This document shows positions 1 through 11,774 of a stretch of 64,000 nt of DNA, piece after piece (position 1 is the stretch's first letter; each line of letters begins with the position of its first letter). The stretch comes from a bacterium (GTDB lineage Bacteria; UBA8248). Location of the stretch: assembly GCA_965213685.1 (NCBI GenBank), contig CBDBZY010000064.1:128001-192000 (forward strand), in the 5' to 3' direction. A program made the translations under genes and the position numbers. The notes beneath the pieces are model-generated. The model was given only the letters and a program-made list of their open reading frames with translations, was not told the origin of the DNA and did not search any database.

Positions 1-785
1 GCTCACAACCTAACACAAAAGAAGCCCTTTCAATATTATCTAATGCTTCAAAGTCTTTAAAAGCCTCTCCTAATGTGGACCTGAGCTTAATCATGAACTC
101 TTCCCTACTATCCTTGTAAGCAGGACACTCCCATAAAACATGGACAACACTCTCGCACTCATCGCCACATAAAACACACTCAGTCCTGCCATTCCTTCCC
201 CTATGCCTACCAAACTCCTCATTCAAACCATGTGTTCCTGACCTAAAATTTAAACAAGAGTCTAGTTCCGACATCACTAACCCCATGGAGGTACCTTTTG
301 AACTTTACTTCCTTACTAAATGCTTATACAACCCTAACATAACCTTGCTATTCAATCCTCCCTTTATTTTCTCTATTACTTACACAGTCATTCACATTCA
401 ACAAAAACAAGCTAAATGGACATTGCCCCCCTTCCTAATATCATCTAGCAATTCACCTTTAGGCAATCCTAGCACACCAAATAATTCATCTACATACTTA
501 TTCCAAGGCTTCCTCTACGTGGTTTCACCTTCCATTCCTGATCAAAAAGCTGCCTTGGATACTTACTGACATAGATGCTAGTTTATACCACCACTTATGC
601 TTAGCCTTGTCTCTACGACTCTTCAAGGTCTCTAAACCCATGTCCCCTCTAACTACCTCATTACAAGTCTTAGATGAGCATCCAAGAATCCTTTTTGCTC
701 CCCCCAAGAGAATAGATTCTAAAGCACTTGCCTGACTTTTATTACACTCACTGCTATATTCTATGCTAGGTCTAAGGATCTGGTG
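1..785 (-). mobile_element. Decayed non-LTR retrotransposon ORF2 C-terminal fragment (post-RT region and CCHC-like knuckle), running off the left edge
   Basis: Minus-strand translation LRPSIEYS...LGGAKRILGCSSKTCNEVVRGDMGLETL...RRDKAK and CVLCGDECESVVHVLWECPAY; frameshifted. Confidence 0.8.
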
Positions 786-1029
786 TTAAGTATGCGTGAA
801 AACCACGCATGGCCATCTTGTGTATAGGCCTACAGAGTAAGTATGTGATAAGTGGCTGTGTAAGGATGTGTCAAACCTCAGGGCAATGCATACTAATAAC
901 CTCTGCTAGACCCTACTCACGCTTCGCGCTTGGAGTAGGGTCTAGTTCCAGGGTCTAGTCCGATAGACTAGAGAAATACATACTGGAGAAGCAAGACTCA
1001 GTGCAGGAGTGGCATGATGTCATTCAGCT

Positions 1030-2340
1030 GCAACTGAGATGACCATAGCAAGGTTAAGATCACGCTTTTTTTGCTATGTACACATAAACGTAGCCTTACT
1101 GTGGGCTGTATAAGCATAGGACATACATACAAACGTATCCTTACTGTTGATTTCTCCTGTCTCAGCTCAGCTTAGTTTCAGAAATGGGCAGTCTCCATAG
1201 TGTATGTTCCAGGTGGTAGAGTGCTGTTCACTTAGTGACACCATTACCCCTATTGTGTGGGCAGGGCCATTACCTCAGTAAAATGAAACCTCTGTATAGT
1301 GTTCACTCTGTAAAACAGCCACCTCATTATTACAGCCACCTACTCAGGTCGCTTGGGATATAATGCCCAATATTTACACCTCTATTAAACAGCCACCTCT
1401 CTATTACAGCTACAAATTTATGGCCCATAGGTGACCACTCTAGGGAGGTTCCACTGCAATGGCTTAAAACTGTGCACAAAACCTGCTGGTTGGCAAAAAG
1501 TGCATGGAGTGCTAGTCGGCTAGTACTAGTGTATCGCCTTGTCAGTGGTAGCACCATGAGTAATGGTTATGTCAACCCATTGGACTACCAGGCCAGGAAG
1601 AGATACTATGAAAAGCTGGAAGCTGGAAGCTGTTGGCCTGTCTCTTAATGTTGAACCATATAGCGCTAGTGATAGATTCCATTCTGACACGACCCTTTGG
1701 CCAAAGATCGAATACAGTTTAATACATTTCAGGCCTGGCACCTACGTTCAGGAACAACTTCTCTCATGGAAGCAGATGGAAGCACCCAGCTGGATTCAAA
1801 AACGTGTGTGACAAGTCCACTGACTGAGGACTGAGCACACCAGCGTCAGCCGTTGGACGGGAAGAACACTATAGCTAACACAGTGCAACTATCAGAAAAC
1901 TCTAATCTATGTCTATTCCTCACTCACGATGTTTCTGTCATATTCTCTCTTCAAGAGAGGAGGTTACTGCCGTACAGTCAGTCAGGAACGTGTTTATACA
2001 CAGCACAGTTGTTACTAAAACCCAGGATGGGACAGGGTGAATCCGAGACATCCCGTCTCGTCCATACGTGTATGATAGCCACGCTGGCGGCAGTTAGGCA
2101 CTCCTGGCACGTATCTACTATGGACTCTACAAGTGCTTCGGCAGGACATGTAGCTACTACGGACTCTACAAGTGCTTCGTCGCATCATACCTTTACACTG
2201 TATCCTTGCAAATTTCACAGTTCATGACAAGACTGTGTAAATATTACTTTCACAAAAACGACAAAACCTCTTGTGAAGACCTACACAAGATGCATGAAAC
2301 CATTCCATACAAGTGTCACAAGTGTCACATTCAATCATGG
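1030..2340. repeat. Segmental duplication block, paralogous to 37852-39125
   Basis: Near-identical sequence over about 1.3 kb; ORF translations at 1330-1557 and 38151-38378 are identical. Confidence 0.9.
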
Positions 2341-2560
2341 CATTGCCATTGTCTGGGAGTCGGTATGAAAAGTATCCCTGTGATTGCTTTAAGAAAAATC
2401 TGTTTCTTCCATCTTTCGCTATTGATCGACTATTATAGTATAACACTTTTCCCGGATTCGTAAAAGCGTGCGGCAGATATCGATCTCGGTTTATTGGTCC
2501 CGGATTTTGAGTAGGCGGCCGAATCCGGGAAAAGTGTTATACTATAATAGTCGATCAATG
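2008..2560 (-). mobile_element. Non-autonomous TIR element with PHD-finger relic (related copies 15130-15643 and 38814-39125)
   Basis: Terminus GTTACTAAAACCC; translation YRLPDNGNAMIECDT...CMEWFHASCVGL resembles a PHD finger; about 38-bp perfect inverted repeat at 2422-2460/2520-2558. Confidence 0.6.
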
Positions 2561-2624
2561 GAAGAAACGTAAAGCAATCTCTCCGCAATCAGCTGTAGAA
2601 GCACCTACAGATGGTGCTTCATTA

Positions 2625-3340
2625 CTTCAATCACCTGACGCCCACACATAGATGAACATGATGATTACTGGCTGCTCCCCCCACCTGTGTCAGCAGAGAA
2701 ATTCTTACCATACTATCTCCAGGTGAACTAAGACTTCCTAATAATATCAGAACAGTAAATCCTCCCATCCTGGCTCCTTCCTGATGGGGATGTGTTCCAG
2801 TCGACATACCTAAAGGGGTTCTGACGGCACAAGATTTGAGGGTCTGCCAGTGTGAGGTTGGCAGATTCGCCAATGACCACTGGTTGTACTTAGGAAAGAA
2901 TGGACTCCCAGTCTCTGGGTCCAGGCTCGGTGCCCAAACAGAAGTTATTCTTTCCTTTCTTTCCTTCTTCACCTGTGTCAGCAGAGTAATTCGTACCATA
3001 CCATCTCCAGGTGAACTAAGACTTCCAAATGTTATCTGGACAGTAAATCCTCCCATCTCGGCTCCTCCCCTGATAGGGAGGCGTTCCGGTTGTCCCCTAA
3101 AGGGGTTCTGACAGCACAAGATTTGGGGGGTCTGCCAGTGTGATGCTGGCAGATTCGACAATGACCACTGGTAGTACTTAGGAAAGAATAGGGAGATAAA
3201 CTTTTGTCCTGGGTAATGGCCTGGTGCTTAGTGTACTGGACTCCCAGTCTCTGGGTCCAGGTTTGGTGCTCGGACAGAAGTTTACCTTTCCTTTCTTTCC
3301 TTCATCAACTGTGTCAGCAAATTCTTAGACTATGGCTATT
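2625..3340 (+). repeat. Tandemly repeated, putatively tRNA-derived SINE-like units downstream of sulfatase copy 1 (paralogues 15710-16125, 57305-57725)
   Basis: Internally repeated unit; degenerate tRNA-like segment TGGCCTGGTGCTTAGTGTACTGGACTCCCAGTCTCTGGGTCCAGGTTTGGTGCTCGG followed by a pyrimidine tract. Confidence 0.5.
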
Positions 3341-3792
3341 CAGCCACGTATCATTCTCTCAACCCCTGGCACTGAACAGATGTGAAGAATATTTGTGTGA
3401 AATTCTTACAAGTTATGCATATGAGTCATAGAGTAGATGACAATTCTTTGGTCTAGTTACGACCTCCCATTATGGGTCATTTACCCATCACATATCAAAC
3501 TCCTGCCATAGCACACACTCTAGTTACTCTGGAGACGGATATCCTATACCTAGTACCTTGTGCACATGCACCCCATCTCAAGAGTATACTCAGTGTGGGA
3601 GTGACGTGGCATCACTCAGCTGCAACTGAGATATACATCCATACCAAGGTTAAAACTAACCATCTCTCCTATCATGCCAAGGGAGAGCTACGTATCATAT
3701 GCATATGCAGTAGGTGGTATGTTCAACACTGAACATTTGAATAATAAGTACCTCACATCAAAGTATACAATCAATGCATAAAGGCACAATAT

Positions 3793-5451
3793 CTAAAACC
3801 TTCTATGACAGTTACATTTACTATCAACCACCTTTGATGGCCTTCTATCATGTATGGATATGCAACCTATGTCTGTAGCACTTTTGTTTACCGACAGAAG
3901 AAAGTCTTTTAGCTCTTGTTTCAACACTGGTACAAGGTCAGTGTGCTGGTCAGATATATCAGTTGTTTCTTTAGGATCAGCTACCACATCTTAAAGATTG
4001 ACACTCTGTATGTTTCCTTTATTGTACTTAACAACAAGTTTTTGTGAGTCTCGTAATACTGCACCATAGAAAGATGAGTTTAAATCTCCCTTTTTAATGT
4101 GAAAGGCAAAAGCAATTGAACTATTGCGATGATTGACATCTCCCTTGAGAAATGGCAGAATAGAGACACCATCTATTGGTCAATCTTGAGGAGGATCAAT
4201 GCCAAGGATATCACACACAGTCGGTAGCAGGTCATTTGTCACCACAGGATAATCAGACTTTCGATTGGCTTTAATCACTGCTGGCCATTCTAATATTGCA
4301 GGGACTCGAATACCACCTTCAAACACTGTCCCTTTCTCTCCTCTCAAACCAGCTGTAGAGCCTGGAGTGCCTTTCTGTGGGCCATTGTCACTTGAGAACC
4401 ACACAAATGTGTTGTTCTTAATGCCATATGTTTCCAGTAAACCTCTGACTCTCCCTATTGCTTGGTCCAGTTGCGATATAGCTCCATAGTAATGGGTAAC
4501 ATCTCTTGAGTAACCTTGTTTTCTGTACATAGTGTAGTAGGGATCAAGAGCATAGTACACACGATGCACGTCATGAAATGCAAGTATAACAAAAAAGAGC
4601 TTTTCACTAGAATGCAATTTTTGAAGATATTTCTCAAACATGTCCACAATAAAATCTGAATCTCCAATTATGGAGTTGTGGTAGGCTTGCAATTTTTCTG
4701 ACTCCTTATCCATGTAGTGATAATCTCTGCAGGTTTTGTGTTGGTACCATCTCTTCTCAACAGTACAACTGAAGCGTTCAGAGCATTGGCAGTTTGGTGC
4801 CACTGAGGATGTGTCTCTTTCAGTTACTAACCACAGGTCAAAACCATGCATGCCAGGATGGGACACAGGCCACTTCTTGTTACCCCCTTCAATAACTTTC
4901 ACATCACCAACATGCCATTTCCCAAATATGGCAGTTTTGTAGCCTTCATTCTTTAGAAGTTCAGGCAGTGTTACTTCAGAGGTAGGTAGGGGCATAGAAC
5001 AGGGGCATTCGCCATCGTTACATGGAACACCCAGATCCGCGTGCCAGATACAGTACCGATTGTGGTTACGTCCTGTCAACAGAGTGCCTCTGGTTGGTGA
5101 GCAAACAGGACCTCCCGAATAAAACCTCGTTAGGAGGACACTGTTTGGTCCTCGGGCCATTTGGTTGAGATTTGGTGTCTTAGCTTTTCCTCCATTATAC
5201 TCCACGTCACCATAGCCCAGGTCATCAGCTAATAAGTACAGAATATTTGGATGTTGCAATGGATTCTTGTGTCTGTTAGGTAGTGAAAAATTGTCCTCAA
5301 GAAAGTTAGGAAACCTATATTGTTTCTTCTTTACTCTTCTCCTAAAAGTAATGCCATTGACATCTCCTAGTGCGCTGTACAACACAATTACTAAGATACC
5401 CACCACAACCGTCGCTAGTACTATTGCCACTCTGAAATCTCCCACTTTCAT
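3793..5451 (-). pseudogene. Sulfatase copy 1 (type A), disrupted by two nonsense codons
   Basis: Same frame as the intact copies, but CGA>TGA at 4180-4182 and a Tyr codon>TAA at 3991-3993; catalytic motifs DDLG, CSPTR, GKWH and SDNG retained. Confidence 0.88.
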
Positions 5452-6399
5452 AGTTTGGTGAGGAGACACACTTGCAGCTGTAGTACAGAAGGAGAGAACA
5501 GTAGTAGGAAGTGATCTCTCTACATAAGCAGGGTACATATACACAAACATGGCCTTGCTGTGGGCCGTGTATAAACACAAGACATACAGGGTACCAACAT
5601 AATGTCCCTTTTTAACTTGAGCCATTCACATACGCAAATACAGCCTGCTATGGGCTGTGTACAAGCACGGGACATGCAATTCTATGCTAATCTTAAAGTG
5701 GTGGGCTACCGTTATGCGCTTGATATCTAATTTAAAGTATGAAAAACATTTTCCAAAAATGTAGAGGAATGTAGGTATGGCAGTGCCAAAAATCACAGAA
5801 AATAGGTATAGGGATGGCGGTGTGCAGGCAAGACAGGGCATACAAAGATTACACAAGTAACACCATCCCTATATCTTTTTTCTTCACCATGCACCAGTGT
5901 TGTTCGCAGTAATCTCATAGTGTAACCTGCATAAGGATAACATGGAAAAAATCACGCTTTCTGTACATGAGCAGCCGTCTCCGAACACCTTTATCAAGGT
6001 CTTCTTCAAGGTCTTCTTGCCGAGGGGTTCTACCAGCCAAGGAGTGATACCAGCCTGGAAGCACACATGAACCCTTACACTTTACGCCAGTGCGTGACTA
6101 GTGATATACCAGTGGAGGAGAGAACGGAAACACTTATACTTAAAGTCAGTGCGAGCCCACGTACACGTACTGCACGAGGCTATTTACTGCGTATATGTAC
6201 CTCTAGTACTCTTATATACTACAAATGTTTCATGACAGCTGTTTTGGGCCATGCTGTGGCCACACAATAAGGAAAGGTTGTAATTGTGTAGTAAGTGGGA
6301 GGGAATTATGGAGAGGCATACATGTACATGTAGATGTGCAACTCCCATAACAAAGGTCTTTGTTAAAACAGGAGTCCATAAGCGCTGCAAAGCGATACT

Positions 6400-6483
6400 A
6401 ATAGAATTGTTGTTTTAACCAGGAGCCCATTGGCGTCGCTTCACGGCGCTTATGGGCTCCTGGTTAAAACAACAATTCTATTA
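6400..6483. repeat. Short perfect hairpin/palindromic element
   Basis: AATAGAATTGTTGTTTTAACCAGGAGCCCAT...ATGGGCTCCTGGTTAAAACAACAATTCTATT arms around a GC-rich loop. Confidence 0.75.
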
Positions 6484-6519
6484 TTGCAGTGCATGCATTG
6501 ACTTCCACTTTAATGCAAT

Positions 6520-6895
6520 AAGTATGTTTATCTCAGTTGCACATTTGTTCTCTTAACACCTGGTACTGAACTGATGGTGTAAAGAATGTGCAAAATGTGT
6601 AGGTAGGATATCCTTCTAGAAGTTAAGGGCATTTAGTGATAGTGTCCTTTAGTCCACTAAGCTTGACATAGCAGTAAGCACACATTATGGGTTGTTTACC
6701 CATCACAAGTTCCAGTCACAATACAATACATACATATACTCGAGAGATACTCTACACATTGCACCAATGCATTCACGCAGTCTCATACTGGAGAAATACA
6801 CACTGGAGAAGTAAGACTCAGTGCAGGAGTGGCAGGATGTCATTCAGCTGCAACTGAGATGACCATCAAAATCATCATGGTTCTTTTGCTATGTA
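6520..6895 (+). mobile_element. Degenerate CACTG-family (CMC/EnSpm-like) MITE upstream of sulfatase copy 1
   Basis: ATCTCAGTTGCACATTTGTTC...CAGCTGCAACTGAGAT sub-terminal inverted motifs match the intact copy at 44368-44819. Confidence 0.7.
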
Positions 6896-7039
6896 TACAT
6901 GTAGCCTTTCTAAGGGCTGTGTATATATAAGCATGGACATACATACAAACATAGCCTTACTGTGGTTTTTCCTGTGTCAGTACCAGCTTAGTTTAAGAAA
7001 AGGGCAGTCTCTAGTGTATGTTCCAGGTGAGTGCTGTTC

Positions 7040-8750
7040 AGGAGCTGCGATTGAGCTAATCCCTCCAGGCTGCAAGGTAATAGCCTTAGGTGACTTCAAT
7101 GCTGATTTGGGTGCCTTGGGAGGCCCCATGTCGTGTTCCACCAAATGAACAGGGATCCATCTCCTCATCATACTAAATGCCTGGGACTTTGCCTCTTCAC
7201 ATTTGCACCTCAGCCCTACTAATTCTACATACACGTATGAAAGTGAAGCACACTCCTCCTTTTCAACCATTGACCACATCATTTGTCCCCAATACATACT
7301 TTCTAACTTCTGCTCCTCAAAGGTGCTTGATGACCATCCACTAAATACCTCAAACCATCTACCAGTATAACTGCAGAGTTTCTATGCTTTCTTTTTACTC
7401 CTACTTCTTCCACAACACAGGCCACACAGCAGCCAGTTCCTAACTGGAATAAATGCTCAAAAGATGAAATTCGGCAGCTGTACACTGAACCATTACAATC
7501 TAGCCCTGCTGATCTCTTCCATCAGTTTCTTTCACAAGCAAATGTCCTCTTACAGCCATACCTGTTAGATGATATTCTCCATTCTTTTGGAAAATGTTTG
7601 TGAACTAGTGCCATGAACATTCCACAGAAACAATTCCGTAAGCATAAGGTTCCCAAGTGGAATCATCGCCTAACGGAAGCACAATGGAACAGTAAGCTCC
7701 TGTATAAGGCATGGGTATCTGCTGGTCGCCCTTGGTCTGTGAATCATCCTGCTCGTGTGGCATATAAAGCAGCAAAGAAAGAGTTTAGAGCATGCCTCCG
7801 TCAGCATAGGAGAGATCTTAACACGGAATTTTATGAATCCTTAGATGAACAATGCTCTGACCCACAATGACTATTCCAATCTATAAGGAACTACACTAAT
7901 CCTGCTAGTGCAACTTCTACCCCTTCAAAACTTATTGTTAATGGCTCTCTTTTTCAAGGGGACTCTATACTGGATGGTTGGGCTAACTACTTTGTGTCTC
8001 TCAGCATTCCACATGACACATATTTCACTCCAACTCAGCTAGATCTTGTCCATGAATATCAATCCATCTGTTCCACTTCCAGTGGGTGCTCTGATGTGTT
8101 TGTCCTGGATGAAGTGACTGATGCAATTTGCTCCCTTTTGCGTCGTAAAGCAGCTGGACCTGATGGAATAGAGAATGAACATCTCATCTTTGGTGATTCA
8201 ATGGTTCCTGTTTGCCTTACCACTATATTTAACTCTATCCTCCTTTCTGGATATATCCTACAGTGCTTCAGGTATGCCTATATAATACCAATCCTGAAAA
8301 GCCATAATAATGATCCTGCAATCCCTTCAAATTATAGAGGAATTTCTCTCCTGTCTGCAATTAGCAAAGTGTTTGAGAAGCTTCTACTCTCTCACCTTCA
8401 CCAGCTAGCCCATTCACTTAACCCACTTCAAGGAGGTTTTCATGTGGGATACAGCTGTCTGCATACGGCCTTTGTTCTGCAAGAGGCTATTGCTTCTCGA
8501 CAGAAGAGTAAGAAAGTTTACATTGCTTTTCTTGATGCTAAAAGGCCTTTGATACAGTGTGGCATATTGGCCTCATGGTGAAACTTCACCAAATAAATAT
8601 TCCCTCATATATCTGGCATCTACTCAATAACTGGTACAGCAGCTCATCAGCATCAGTGCGATGGAATAACAACAATTCAAGACCATTTCCTATCAAGCAA
8701 GGTGTGAGGCAAGGAGCTATTCTCTCCCTGTGTATGTTAACAATCTTCTA
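7040..8750 (+). mobile_element. Truncated, decayed LINE ORF2 (APE C-terminus plus RT N-half)
   Basis: LGDFNAD, STIDHI, KAAGPDGI, NYRGISLLSAISKVFEK, QGGF, FLDAK and GVRQGAILS motifs; stops and frameshifts; ends before YADD. Confidence 0.9.
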
Positions 8751-9004
8751 GACTATCAATCTATCACTTCCATCTCCATTTGTTTTCTGGAATCTATCAG
8801 TATAGTGCTATATGGCTTATCATTAAGAGTTTCCAGTTTTTCATAGTATTTCTTCCTGGCCTGCCAATCCAATGGGTTGACATAACCATTACTCATGGTG
8901 CTGCCACTGACAAGGCGATACACTAGCACTAGCCGACTAGCACTCCATGCACTTTTTGCCAACCACCAGGTTTTGTGCACAGTTTTAAGCCATTGCAGTG
9001 GAAC

Positions 9005-11093
9005 TTAAGTGCAGTTAAACTAAGGCTACATTTGGTAAAATAACCTAGGGTAGTTGTAATAACTATTATCATGTGATTACAACCCTAATAAAGTTGTATT
9101 AACTATATGAATATTAAAGTAACCAAACCTGGTTAAATTACATTCATCCATGGAGATAAAATTAACTACTTCAGCACTGAAATTAACCCATTTTGCACAA
9201 CAATTCTTGAAACACACTACATCTGATCACACACATTATCTATAGTTCCAGATGGTGCTTTAGTGTTACATAGTGATATTCAGGGATGAAAGAAAGACTC
9301 CAAGAGTGAAAGACAAAAGGGTCTCTTAGTGATGTCACAGGGAGAACTGACTGAAAGACGTGACGTAGCAATTGAAACCCACCGGGGGTGGCACAAATTT
9401 CTTCACTAACACCATGTTTGGTTAGGTGTTGGGTGTCAATAGCTTTTTTCTTGTTCAAATTTAACTTGAGTTCGACTTGAATGCAAGTATTGATGACAGT
9501 CTCGCAGTTGGAGTCTACGCATCAGCGCTTGTAGCCGCAAACACTGCGCATGCGCACTAAGTTTCAGCCAGCACGTGAACAGCTGCATTCAAAGGGATCT
9601 CGTGAATGCTGCAGCTGCTTGGTGCACCTTTGGCAGATGGCCAAATTTACTCTTCCTCGTGAGAATTTGTCGCCAGAAGATGTTGCCAGTTGGCTGCAGG
9701 AGTAATGGAATACCTGAGGAATACTCTACAGCTTTTAGTGGTAAGCTTTCTGTCCCTTTTTAGCCAGCCGGCAGAGGTGCGCCTGGGTAACGGGGTAGCG
9801 GAGGCGGGTGTTCGCCCTTAAGGCAGCTCTTGCCCCCCTAGACTTGTCTTCATGACCACCCCAGGCACGCATGAGCAGAAGGGGTAAATTCACTATTAAA
9901 TTGATTGGTTGGTTTTTCATCTTTCCTTAGATATATGTCCGACATATGCTGGAGCTTTTTCTCCGCACTCAAGGGCCAGTAGTGGTAAGTGTTTTTTTTT
10001 CCGAACCATATACAGTTGCATAATTGTATGGGATACAACTAAGTGTTAGCTTCTTCATATTGTGAAAGGTATATTTACCAGTATACCTGATATACCTTAC
10101 CATGGACATTAGGTTGAGCAGGACATGGAGCTGTTCATGCAGTAGAAAGGTATTGTTCAAAACACTGCAAATACCTTGGAGAGAAACTTGGATGCCAGCT
10201 GTGTTAGAATTGGGGAGAAGTTCCTCCATTCAGACACTCCTGGAGAAGTACAAGAGTGACGAGACAGGTATATACTTATAGCTGAACATGTTGCCACCTT
10301 TTTCTGTGATGACTTCCATGGGCATCTTTCTCACCTGCTTTCTACATTTCTTACAGATAATGACAAAGACGTTCTTCATGCTGTGAAGGTTCTGGTGGCA
10401 CTTTACTTAGCTAAGGCCGAAAGAAACTTGGACACTTTGATCCATCTATATGAGAAATATGAGGTATAGGATAAAAGGAGCATGGTCTTTCATCTAGATC
10501 AAGATATTTTCTTTTACAGATGTTGACTATATACAATGGAGGAGGCAGCAACAATGGAACCACAGCGAACCTCTCCCTGTATTGCAGCCTTCAATAGGGA
10601 CAATGCCAAGCAGTATTTCCCCTTTATGTCTTCTGTTAACTTCTCAGCAACACTTATTTTGTGGTTTTATAATTATATAGTTTGGTATCTTTTGTTGTAC
10701 GTGCTGATAACCTGTTACCACAGTTTTTAAAATATAATATTATGGTAATCTAGTCTGTCCTTGGGTTGGAATAACCTATGGTGACGTTGTATGTATCACA
10801 AACATAGAAGTTGTGTTAATAACATCAAAGATTAAAGAAAGCCTGCAGCAAAGTTAAAACAACCACAATAGCATGGTTACAGTAGTGTTTACTATAACTC
10901 TGCTTTATGGTAAATGTCACTTTGCATATATAGTTAAATTAACTTTTCAGCCATATTAAACTAACAAGAAACAATGAAGTTAAGTATTAACCACAAAATA
11001 TTCAGTTAAATTAACTGTGCAGGTGGGTTGCCCCAGTTGCATGCACTTTCATACAAAATATTGGGTGAAATTAACCAAGCAGTTTTTGCAGTG
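9005..11093 (+). mobile_element. CMC/EnSpm-like DNA transposon derivative with a spliced accessory-gene relic; left terminus not found
   Basis: Right end TTTTTGCAGTG followed by TA; many GTTAAATTAAC-like sub-terminal repeats at both ends; GT-AG bounded exon-like pieces at about 10357-10620. Confidence 0.6.
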
Positions 11094-11644
11094 TAGTTGG
11101 TCCATACTCTCCTTGAAGGGGTCAGTACAACCAGACCTGCTAGGAAGATAAACTACAATAATAAACAGTGGGCCATCACTGTAATCCAACTTAATGCCAA
11201 TCATTCATGAGGAAAGTATGTGGGGCACAGCAGAAATGAGAGAGTCAAGGTTTCTACACCACCCTATGGCAACTCCACCATGTCCTCTTACAAGGTGGGG
11301 CATACAATAGATATTGTAGCCCGCTAGCATGGGCGTTCAAAGGTGCTGCCAGGGCAATATATCTCATACACGCTCTTTGTCACATGAACACAGGGAAATA
11401 TCGATATTTCCCTGTAGCCACGTGACAAGGGTGCACCGTGTACAGCTCGACAGCAAATACACACAAAGGTAACGGTCGGGGTACAGGACAGTTATACCAT
11501 GATAGTCAAGGCTGTTAGCGGGCTAAAAGCTTGACATACCACGGTAGCTCACATACAGTTGGACGGCTACCAGAGGTAGAATTGAGCTACACAGGATAGC
11601 TATACCGTGGTAGCCTAAGCTGCTACCAGGCTATACAAGCCAGC

Positions 11645-11774
11645 TAGAGCATGCCTATGGGCGGGCTTTATCAGAAAACACTCGGTAATATTCATTAACC
11701 CCTCAGGCTTTGCCCTCGAGGTTAATGAATATTACCTCGTGTATTTCTGATAAAGCCCTGGTAGGCATGCTCTA
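11645..11774. repeat. Palindromic element with central GGCTTTGCC loop
   Basis: TAGAGCATGCCTA...GGCTTTATCAGAAA...GGTAATATTCATTAACC mirrored by GGTTAATGAATATTACC...TTTCTGATAAAGCC...TAGGCATGCTCTA. Confidence 0.75.

Noticed and set aside
2631-3161. 176-aa ORF repeated near three sulfatase copies
   Set aside because: Antisense reading of the tandem SINE-like repeat; lengths and starts are inconsistent between copies
4180-4182. In-frame TGA as selenocysteine or programmed read-through
   Set aside because: It aligns to Arg (CGA) in the paralogues, and a second TAA follows
4265-4489. Conserved antisense ORFs within each sulfatase
   Set aside because: Shadow frames of near-identical genes, with no independent evidence
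3340-6895. Pack-CACTA composite transposon carrying the sulfatase
   Set aside because: The downstream MITE lacks its outer CACTG end, no TSD is visible, and homology between copies extends beyond the MITEs, which favours segmental duplication
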